Source: an uncultured Erysipelotrichaceae bacterium (GTDB lineage: Bacteria > Bacillota_I > Bacilli_A > Erysipelotrichales > Erysipelotrichaceae). From it: 32,000 bases of DNA. The DNA lies in assembly GCA_942493105.1 (NCBI GenBank), contig OW818668.1, positions 1,980,001 to 2,012,000 on the forward strand, in the 5' to 3' direction. Position numbers and translations under genes: made by a program. Of this stretch, positions 16,735 to 24,327 are shown piece after piece. Within the stretch, counting starts at the first letter, position 1, and every line of letters starts with the position of its first letter. The notes under the pieces are model-generated. The model was not told where the DNA came from. It worked only from the letters and a program-made list of their open reading frames with translations, and made no database searches.

Positions 16735-17226
16735 ATGAAATCATCCATAAATCATAAAGCGGGCACAACTTTTCTTGAAGTGTTAATTGCCTTATTTATA
16801 TTTACCCTCATGGTAAGTGCAGTTTTTCCTGTGTTCATGTCCACTCGTAGAATGGACCTTTATTCCAAAGCTTTTACTGAAGCTAGACAAATGGCTCAGA
16901 CACGAATTGAATGGATTTATTCCCAATCTCAAAATTATGGATACTTGGATACTTTATATCAACTCAGTACGACAGAATCTTTTGCATGCAATGGATTCAC
17001 TTGGACTGTTGATACAACAACTTTAGAAATCTTATATAATGAACCTACATCCGTAGTTACATGTACCAAGACCAGTGCTCCTTTTGTTATAGAATTGATT
17101 TTCACCAAAGACGATGAGATCCTTACTGAAGATTTTGTCGATATTAAAGTAACTGTGAATGATGTTAGAACATCCACAACCATCAAACTCTATGAGACCC
17201 TCTATGCGACTGGCTTTATCCAATAA
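16735..17226 (+). CDS. Type IV pilin-like protein (prepilin-type N-terminus)
   Basis: Leader MKSSINHKAG followed by TTFLEVLIALFIFTLMVSAVF. Gly is at -1, Glu at +5, then a hydrophobic alpha1-N helix. Two Cys residues (C85, C110). Confidence 0.8.
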   Translation: MKSSINHKAGTTFLEVLIALFIFTLMVSAVFPVFMSTRRMDLYSKAFTEARQMAQTRIEWIYSQSQNYGYLDTLYQLSTTESFACNGFTWTVDTTTLEILYNEPTSVVTCTKTSAPFVIELIFTKDDEILTEDFVDIKVTVNDVRTSTTIKLYETLYATGFIQ

Positions 17227-17659
17227 ATCTAGAGCAGGTTTCACCCTGTTAGAGTTGATCGTCGCCATGGCTGTTTTTTCTATATTAGGATCCGTTTTGG
17301 TCAGCATCTTTGTGGCAGGCGTTCAGTATTTCTCAAACGAGAAATCACAACTTTATAATCAGTTTGGCATCACCGAACTCTCAGGTGCTCTTGAATCAGA
17401 TGCCCGTAAAGCAAGTGCTGCAAGCACAAGCTCTGGTTGTTTGGTATTTACGATCTCAAATGGAAACACTACATATTGCCTCAATACAACGACTCATGTT
17501 GTAACACGCAATTCTAATGTGGTTGCAGATCATATTTCGAGTTTTAGTTTTACCATTACATTAAATAAGTTGAACTTAGTCGTGACCAGTACCAATGATC
17601 AACGAGGCATCAACAATCAGATCAATTTGACCTATTACTTAAGGGAAGGTAATTATTGA
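17204..17659 (+). CDS. Type IV minor pilin-like protein (prepilin-type N-terminus)
   Basis: MRLALSNKSRAG|FTLLELIVAMAVFSILGSV is a canonical G|FTLxE class III signal. The start could be 17192 or 17204; the ORF-track start at 17159 would give an implausibly long leader. It overlaps the upstream gene's end. Confidence 0.8.
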   Translation: MRLALSNKSRAGFTLLELIVAMAVFSILGSVLVSIFVAGVQYFSNEKSQLYNQFGITELSGALESDARKASAASTSSGCLVFTISNGNTTYCLNTTTHVVTRNSNVVADHISSFSFTITLNKLNLVVTSTNDQRGINNQINLTYYLREGNY

Positions 17660-19149
17660 TGATAAAAGTTTTAAAAGAAAAACGAGGCATTGCCCTGTTG
17701 ACTGTCATGTTGACCTTTTTAAGTTTGTTTATTTTATTATCTGCAATAGTTTCTCTGTCGATAAACAATGCTGACAATACCATTACGACCAATAACTATT
17801 CAAAAGCATATTATGTTGCTGAATCTACACTCAATAAACGACTGGCTGAAATCGATACGATTTTCACCACTTTGGCAGACACAAATCCAAATCCCAATGA
17901 TTTATTCACATTACTTGAAAATCGGTTTAGTACTTTGCCTTCACAATTAACATTCGAACAGACTTCAGACAATGATTCAGCAACCCTATCTTTCATTGCC
18001 TCTGAAGGAACCTATGAATATCCAAATTACGTATTTTATAAATTGGTGGTGACCGGAACCGTAAATAATGTCAGCAGAACCTTATCCAAAGAAATTGGTT
18101 TCTCATATACACAAGGCGGACCTGGATTGATCATCGGTAAAGCGGTTTTGACCCAACGCGGGATGATCATAGGAGATCAGAAATCAACGATCATTGGACC
18201 AATTGCCAGTAACTTACTTGATAATACCACCATCGATATTAAGTCGACTCAAGATCAAATCCCAATGGTGTTTGTCCCGACCTCAAAGTCTTCCTATGTA
18301 CTAAATCAAACAAGGATTGGAAAGCGAATCACCGAAGTGGCAAGTCCTTTCATCTTTCCAGTTATAAATTATCCAGTTATTCCAACTTCATCTCCGACTT
18401 TGATTGCTCCTTATACTTTCGTAAACAATAAGGCAACCATCAATGTCTTTGGTTATTCATATCTTGATTCAATGACCGTTGCTCAAGGACAAACCTTAGT
18501 AATAAATTTAGGTACAAAAGGAACGTCAGGAACTCGGAAAATGTTGCGTGTCAAAGACATCAATGTTTCCGGAAATATTCGTGTCATCGGTACAGGAAGG
18601 CTCTTGTTGGTCTTTGAATATGGAAAAGGGACCCTAAACATGGGCTCAAAATTCAATGTTTGTGGTGATACCATTGGTAGTTGTGTCACCGCAGATCCAG
18701 ATTATACGAAATTCTTGTTTTATCTAAAAACTCCTTATGTAACCAAAGGTGATTTAGCGAATTATCCAAAACTTGTTTTCTCAAACCTACATTTATTCTA
18801 TGGCTCACTCTTAGCAGAATACGTAGATGTTGAAGTCAAAAGCGATAACTTCAAAGGACATATTGTCACTTCAGGAAATACGGTTAATTTTTCAGCCAAC
18901 TCTGTCATTAAAAAAGCACTGTTCTATGCTCCTTTTGCAACCATGACGATAGATTCTAATGCGGTACTTACAGGTTCACTTGTTGCCAATTACTTTACGA
19001 TTTCTAATCCGCAAACCATGGTTACTTATGTTGAAGTAGATAAAGAAACTTTCCCTTTCAGTATCGACTTCCCTACTACCTCAACCAGCGACTATGTGCC
19101 AGGCAGTATTGATATCATTGAAGGACCCGTTCAGGAGAACAACCCATGA
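17659..19149 (+). CDS. Large PilX/GspK-like minor pilin lacking Glu5; candidate tip or adhesin subunit
   Basis: The N-terminus MIKVLKEKRG|IALLTVMLTFLSLFILLSAIV is PilX_N-like, with Thr rather than Glu at +5. It is about 496 aa. The C-terminal half has recurring G(S/H)hh(A/T) turns (YGSLLAEYVDV, GHIVTSGNTVNF, TGSLVANYFTI) that suggest a beta-helix. The ATG overlaps the upstream TGA (TGATG). Confidence 0.65.
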   Translation: MIKVLKEKRGIALLTVMLTFLSLFILLSAIVSLSINNADNTITTNNYSKAYYVAESTLNKRLAEIDTIFTTLADTNPNPNDLFTLLENRFSTLPSQLTFEQTSDNDSATLSFIASEGTYEYPNYVFYKLVVTGTVNNVSRTLSKEIGFSYTQGGPGLIIGKAVLTQRGMIIGDQKSTIIGPIASNLLDNTTIDIKSTQDQIPMVFVPTSKSSYVLNQTRIGKRITEVASPFIFPVINYPVIPTSSPTLIAPYTFVNNKATINVFGYSYLDSMTVAQGQTLVINLGTKGTSGTRKMLRVKDINVSGNIRVIGTGRLLLVFEYGKGTLNMGSKFNVCGDTIGSCVTADPDYTKFLFYLKTPYVTKGDLANYPKLVFSNLHLFYGSLLAEYVDVEVKSDNFKGHIVTSGNTVNFSANSVIKKALFYAPFATMTIDSNAVLTGSLVANYFTISNPQTMVTYVEVDKETFPFSIDFPTTSTSDYVPGSIDIIEGPVQENNP

Positions 19150-20330
19150 AATTCTATAAAGTGACGGCCGTAACCGAAACAGGAGCACGTAAGACAGAAG
19201 TCATTGCTTCTGAAAATGTCGAAGAGATCTATGAAAGTCTAAAAGAGCGTTCTTTGTTTTTAGTCGATTATAAACAAGTTGCTAAATCAGGCAAGAATAA
19301 AATGAAGACTCGAGAATTAATCATATTTACGCGTCAATTAAGTGCGATGATCGATGCTGGGGTTGCCATTTTAAAAGGCATCACGATCATTCAAAACAGC
19401 ACAAAAGATCCTAAAGTCAAAAAACTCTATCAAAATTTGACTCAAGAAATCCAAAAAGGCAATTCTTTATCTGTCGCAATGCGTAAACAAAGCGGAGCAT
19501 TTCCTGATATCTTGATTAATATGGTTGTTGCAGGTGAAATGGGTGGTACGCTTGAGAAATCTTTATTGTTGATGTCCATGCATTTTGAGAAGGAACAAAA
19601 ACTAAAGAATAAAATCAAAGGGGCTTCCACATATCCAATCATATTGGGGGTCATCGCTGTTTCTGTCGTTATTTTGTTGATGACCTTTGTCTTGCCTACC
19701 TTGACCCAAATGTTTGATCCTGGAACCTTGCCCCCTCTGACTGCCTTTGTGATGGGAATCAGCCACTTTCTTACGACGTATTGGTTTATCTATATTCCTG
19801 CAGTATTCATTCTAATCACGGGCTTTATTGCTTTATTACGGGTTCCTTCATTTAGATTGAAGTTTGATTACTTTATCTTAAAGATGCCCGTTATTGGACC
19901 ATTAAATCAAACCATCTATTCAGCCAGATGTGCACGTTCTTTCGCATCCCTATATTTAAGTGGAATACAAACCATCCCAATGATTCAATCCACTGCTCAA
20001 ATTCTAGGTAATTCCTACATCGAAAGTCTATTTGATGAAGTGGTCATGCGGGTATCCCATGGTGAAATCATCTCCAAGGCTTTAGAAGACATGGGAGTCT
20101 TTGATCCTATGCTCAGTTCAATGGTCAATGTGGGTGAAGAAACTGGTGCTCTTGGTGATATCTTGGTTCGTACAGCCGATTACTTTGATGAGGAAGCAGA
20201 TACAGCCTTGTCTAAAATGGTCGCTTTGGTTGAACCGATCATGCTGGTACTTATGGGGATCATCATTGGGGTTATCGTTGTATCTGTAATTCAGCCTATG
20301 TTTGCTATGTATGATCAGATCGGAAACTAA
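19146..20330 (+). CDS. pilC: Type IV pilus platform protein PilC (GspF family)
   Basis: 394 aa with two T2SSF-type repeats (FTRQLSAMIDAGVAILKGI...; FASLYLSGIQTIPMIQ...) and 3 TM segments. The ATGA overlaps the upstream gene. Confidence 0.9.
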   Translation: MKFYKVTAVTETGARKTEVIASENVEEIYESLKERSLFLVDYKQVAKSGKNKMKTRELIIFTRQLSAMIDAGVAILKGITIIQNSTKDPKVKKLYQNLTQEIQKGNSLSVAMRKQSGAFPDILINMVVAGEMGGTLEKSLLLMSMHFEKEQKLKNKIKGASTYPIILGVIAVSVVILLMTFVLPTLTQMFDPGTLPPLTAFVMGISHFLTTYWFIYIPAVFILITGFIALLRVPSFRLKFDYFILKMPVIGPLNQTIYSARCARSFASLYLSGIQTIPMIQSTAQILGNSYIESLFDEVVMRVSHGEIISKALEDMGVFDPMLSSMVNVGEETGALGDILVRTADYFDEEADTALSKMVALVEPIMLVLMGIIIGVIVVSVIQPMFAMYDQIGN

Positions 20331-20342
20331 GAGGTAAAAATC

Positions 20343-21818
20343 ATGCTCATTATCGAAATTAGAGACAATTCCCTAATCATCATTCAGTCCTCTTCAAAGC
20401 TGAATACATTTAGAATCACAGATTCTAAAACCATAGAATTTGAAGACAGTTGGAAAGCCTATATCTCCAATCCTGAAAATTCAGCCAACTTAACCCAAAC
20501 TTTAAAATCTTATAAGGAAAGTAAATTCTTTCTATGCTTAAACAACAGCAGTGTGATCTATCGCGATATGGTTGTTCCAAAAGCCAGTCCTCGCTATCTT
20601 ACTGCCTTGATTCGTCATGAACTAACGCATACTTTAAATCTTAGCAATGATTTTCTAATGGATTATACAATTTTAGGAGATACTTTAAGTAATGGCAAAA
20701 AAATGCAGAAGATCCTTGTCGCAACCATACTGGCCTCAAATCTAAACGAGATCCTAGAATACTTTGAAAAGATCGGTCTACAGATTTCTAAAGTCGATGT
20801 TTCACTAAACAGTCTTATGAAATATGTCGACATCACAAAAATTGCCAGTAAAGAAAAAAACACTTTGATAACAGACATCAGTTCAAATTCGATTCGTCAG
20901 TATTTATTTGAAAAAGGTAAATACAGCTATTACAGAACAACCAAAATCACAGCTTATCAAGAATCAGAGGAACAACTTAGTTTAGAAAGTACAACCGAAA
21001 TCATAGAAAAAATGCTTCAATTTTCTTTATCTCTGGGTCAAAATTCTGGTATTGATCAAATCTACCTGTTTGGATCTTATCCTAAAATCGAACATCTTAA
21101 AATTTATATGAATGAAACCCTTAATGTTGATACACAGGTCATTTCTAGACCCAAAATCCTACATGAGACCAAACGCAAACCATTCAATCATGTTTTTATC
21201 TATGCTTTAGGATTACTCTTTTCACAACGCTTCAAACGTAAAAAAGACATCAATTTGATATCACCGTATAATGTCTTTTACTCTAAAAGCGCAAATGCCA
21301 TCAACTTTGATGCGATCTATAATTCTTTAGCCTTTGGATTAGGTTATCTTGCTTTATTTGGAATCGTCATCACGACTCTTCAAACCAATGCCGTCAATGC
21401 CAACATTAAAAAAATCAATGATTATTTTAATCGTCCTGACATCATACAAGCTTTAAGCGAAATCTCTGAAATGAAGGCCACGATTGCTTCACTTAATGAG
21501 ATCACAAAGGAGCTCGATAGTATTCAACTTGTCCTTGACAGTATCCCCCGCTATACCGATCTTAAAATTCAAGATCTGATCTTGATCAAACCTACAGGTG
21601 TTGATTTTAGTAAAATTGCCTTTATTGATAATGTCATTACGATTTCAATCATAGCAGAAGACCCAAGTATGATTTATGAATATGTACTAGAACTTAGTGA
21701 AGTAGAAACCTTTAGTAAGGTAACCTATACCAGTTATCAAATGGAGACCAATTCCAAAAAATATACATCAGAGATTCATTTGACATTAAGCGAGGAAACT
21801 AGCCATGAAAATAACTAA
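20343..21818 (+). CDS. PilM-PilN fusion protein (GspL-like architecture)
   Basis: Residues 1 to about 300 follow the actin-like PilM pattern (IIEIRDNSLIII; ITDISSNSIRQY; IYLFGSYPKIEHLKIYMNETLN). This is followed by KKDINLISPY (compare the PilN INLLP motif), one TM segment (LAFGLGYLALFGIVITTL), a coiled coil, and a PilN-like C-terminal domain. Confidence 0.7.
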   Translation: MLIIEIRDNSLIIIQSSSKLNTFRITDSKTIEFEDSWKAYISNPENSANLTQTLKSYKESKFFLCLNNSSVIYRDMVVPKASPRYLTALIRHELTHTLNLSNDFLMDYTILGDTLSNGKKMQKILVATILASNLNEILEYFEKIGLQISKVDVSLNSLMKYVDITKIASKEKNTLITDISSNSIRQYLFEKGKYSYYRTTKITAYQESEEQLSLESTTEIIEKMLQFSLSLGQNSGIDQIYLFGSYPKIEHLKIYMNETLNVDTQVISRPKILHETKRKPFNHVFIYALGLLFSQRFKRKKDINLISPYNVFYSKSANAINFDAIYNSLAFGLGYLALFGIVITTLQTNAVNANIKKINDYFNRPDIIQALSEISEMKATIASLNEITKELDSIQLVLDSIPRYTDLKIQDLILIKPTGVDFSKIAFIDNVITISIIAEDPSMIYEYVLELSEVETFSKVTYTSYQMETNSKKYTSEIHLTLSEETSHENN

Positions 21819-22452
21819 AAAAGACATCATGTATCTGAAGTGGCTTGGTCTATTTTTGGGCATCTATGTCTTTTGGACTTACTTATGGTTACCCATGAGT
21901 ACAACATTGAGTACTAAACAAGTTCAGCTTCAAGAACTTGAAACTCGATATATGGTCGCTGAACAAACGATACCGACACGAAATACGGTTAAAAATCTAG
22001 AGATGGATGCGAAAGCAAAAGCCAAACTCAAATTCGAACAATTCTTTGATGTGCTTACACCGGCTCAAACAGAAGCAATCTTAGTTCCCATCATCAAAGC
22101 ACATCGAGCTAAAATAAGTTACTTTCAAGTTTCTGATGCACAAGTCGTCGTACCTGAAACTACATTGAAACTTGAAGAACAACTTAGCTACAAAATCAAA
22201 GAATTGATTGATCTCTACAACAATATGACCACACAAGATCCTAAGCTTCCGATCACTCAGTCTCAACTGCTAAAAACACAGATCACGTATTTGGTCGATG
22301 TATCTTTTGAAGACTATAAAGCTTTATTAAAGACCATTGATGATATGGAAGTAACGATCCTGCTTTCATCTTCTGAGTATGATTTCAATGATAAGGTTGC
22401 AGAAATGGTATTTGATATTTATTCTATAGAAAAAATAGATTTCGTCCAATAA
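21805..22452 (+). CDS. PilO-like bitopic pilus alignment protein
   Basis: 215 aa with a short cytoplasmic N-terminus, one TM segment (WLGLFLGIYVFWTYLWLP), a coiled coil (QVQLQELETRY...) and a globular C-terminal domain. The call rests on position and topology only. Confidence 0.5.
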   Translation: MKITKKDIMYLKWLGLFLGIYVFWTYLWLPMSTTLSTKQVQLQELETRYMVAEQTIPTRNTVKNLEMDAKAKAKLKFEQFFDVLTPAQTEAILVPIIKAHRAKISYFQVSDAQVVVPETTLKLEEQLSYKIKELIDLYNNMTTQDPKLPITQSQLLKTQITYLVDVSFEDYKALLKTIDDMEVTILLSSSEYDFNDKVAEMVFDIYSIEKIDFVQ

Positions 22453-22544
22453 GAAAATCTTGATCATCTAAAATGTCCCATTATTTCATAAAGGCGTTTT
22501 TTGATGTAAAATGAAGCTTAGAAAACAAACACAGAGGTCCGTTT

Positions 22545-24203
22545 ATGAAGCATGCATCCCTAGAAGAAATGCTCGTCAATGAAAAGATCATTACTCAAGC
22601 TCAATTAGAAGAAGTCAATCTGATTCAGAAAGAAACAGGTCAGGCTACTTTTTATATCATCCTAGATCATCAGTTTGCCAAAGAAAAAGATGTTTTAAGA
22701 ATCCTTGCTAAAAGTCTAAAAATGGATTTTGTTGACAACCTCATCAACAACATCAACACAGATGTGATACGTTCTTTTCCACAACAATTGGCTCAAAAAT
22801 ATAAAATGTGCCCTTTAAGAGTTCATGAAGGAACCCTTACATTGGCTACCAGCAATCCATTTAACGTTACCGCAATAGAAGACATCAGTATGCTGATTGG
22901 ACTCTCTATCAACACAGTATTGTCTACCAAGACCGATATTGAAGTAGCCATCGATCGTCTTTATACAAAACGCAGTGAAAAGAATGAGCAAGGTGAAGAC
23001 ATCGCCAATGAAGGTGATGAAGCTGAAAACGAAGCAACCGTAGAAACATCATCTGTAGTTAGGATCGTAAACAATCTGATCATCGATGCGTATAAAGTCA
23101 ATGCCAGTGATATCCATATTGAACCAGAAGCCAACTTTACCAGAGTACGATTCAGAGTTGATGGTGATCTAATAAAGCATATCGATTTCGATAAAGAAAA
23201 ACACTCTTTGATTTCTACCCGCATCAAGATCTTATCTGGCCTTAACATCGCAGAAAAACGCTTGCCTCAAGATGGCAGTTTCCAATTCAACCATGACTTT
23301 AAAAAAATAGACATCCGAGTATCTACCTTACCAACCCCTTATGGCGAAAATATCGTCATGCGTCTTTTAGGGGCTGATCAAAACATCGAGTATTCATTGT
23401 CTGGTTTAGGAATTTCTCCCGCAACGATCATGACCATTGAGAAAGCCATTCGTGTTCCTCATGGGATCATTTTGGTCACAGGACCTACCGGTTCAGGTAA
23501 GACCACGACCTTATATTCGATCTTAGCGAAATTAGCAGTTCCTACCAAAGCCATAAAGACCGTTGAAGATCCCATAGAACGAAAATTTGAAGGCATCACT
23601 CAAGTTCAAGTCAACCAAAAAGCTGGTTTGACTTTTGCGGCTGGTCTACGTTCAATTTTACGTCAAGATCCTGATATCATCATGATCGGTGAGATTCGTG
23701 ATACAGAAACCGCAGAAATCGCCATCAGATCTGCCATTACCGGTCACTTGGTCTTATCGACCATCCATACCAATGATGCTTTATCTTCAGTCATACGTTT
23801 GGTCGATATGGGCATTGAGCCTTTTAAAGTAGGATCCTCATTGGTCTGTATTATTTCACAACGTTTGGTTAAAAAGATCTGTGTCCACTGTAAGAAAAAA
23901 GTTGACATAAGCACAACTGAAGCTCGTTTACTCGCGACTGATTTAACCTATGTGTATGAAGGTGCAGGTTGTCCAAAATGCAACAATACCGGATATAGCG
24001 GCCGCTTAGCTGTCTTTGAGATCGTCTTGATTGATGGACACCTAGAAGATTTGATTTCTCGTGGTGCTTCATTAGAAGACCTTAGAAACTATGCTAAAGA
24101 GAAGAAGATCCCAATGTTGAGAGATGAAGTTATGAACTATGTTCAAATTGGAACAACTACTGTAGAAGAAGCCTTACGTATCTTATATAATGTTGAAAAC
24201 TAA
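22545..24203 (+). CDS. pilB: Type IV pilus extension ATPase PilB (GspE family)
   Basis: GspE_N-like N-terminus, Walker A GPTGSGKTTT, Walker B/Asp box DPDIIMIGEIRD, His box GHLVLSTIHTN, and a tetracysteine motif CVHC...CPKC. Confidence 0.92.
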   Translation: MKHASLEEMLVNEKIITQAQLEEVNLIQKETGQATFYIILDHQFAKEKDVLRILAKSLKMDFVDNLINNINTDVIRSFPQQLAQKYKMCPLRVHEGTLTLATSNPFNVTAIEDISMLIGLSINTVLSTKTDIEVAIDRLYTKRSEKNEQGEDIANEGDEAENEATVETSSVVRIVNNLIIDAYKVNASDIHIEPEANFTRVRFRVDGDLIKHIDFDKEKHSLISTRIKILSGLNIAEKRLPQDGSFQFNHDFKKIDIRVSTLPTPYGENIVMRLLGADQNIEYSLSGLGISPATIMTIEKAIRVPHGIILVTGPTGSGKTTTLYSILAKLAVPTKAIKTVEDPIERKFEGITQVQVNQKAGLTFAAGLRSILRQDPDIIMIGEIRDTETAEIAIRSAITGHLVLSTIHTNDALSSVIRLVDMGIEPFKVGSSLVCIISQRLVKKICVHCKKKVDISTTEARLLATDLTYVYEGAGCPKCNNTGYSGRLAVFEIVLIDGHLEDLISRGASLEDLRNYAKEKKIPMLRDEVMNYVQIGTTTVEEALRILYNVEN

Positions 24204-24206
24204 ACT

Positions 24207-24235
24207 AAAAGTGCCAAAAATGGCACTTTTATTCT
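24207..24235 (+). terminator. Rho-independent terminator of the pilus operon
   Basis: AAAAGTGCCA-AAAA-TGGCACTTTT followed by a T-rich tail. Confidence 0.85.
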
Positions 24236-24327
24236 TATTATCAGAATTTGCTTTTAATTTGAGCATAATGGTGGTAAGTTAAAATCGAGAATGGTAAAGT
24301 AACTTTACTAAAAAGGAGAATATTCAT

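Noticed and set aside
16735-17226. Calling the first pilin-like gene the major pilin.
   Set aside because: This cannot be decided from the sequence. The gene overlaps the next gene with no terminator or attenuator to boost its stoichiometry, and its size and sequence fit minor pilins equally well. I left it as pilin-like.
22545-22640. Possible c-di-GMP-binding MshEN motif at the PilB N-terminus (SLEEMLVNEKIITQAQLEEVNLIQ).
   Set aside because: The hydrophobic spacing is similar, but the key Arg-Leu-Gly and central Gly positions of the motif as I recall it are not present. This is most likely an ordinary GspE_N domain.
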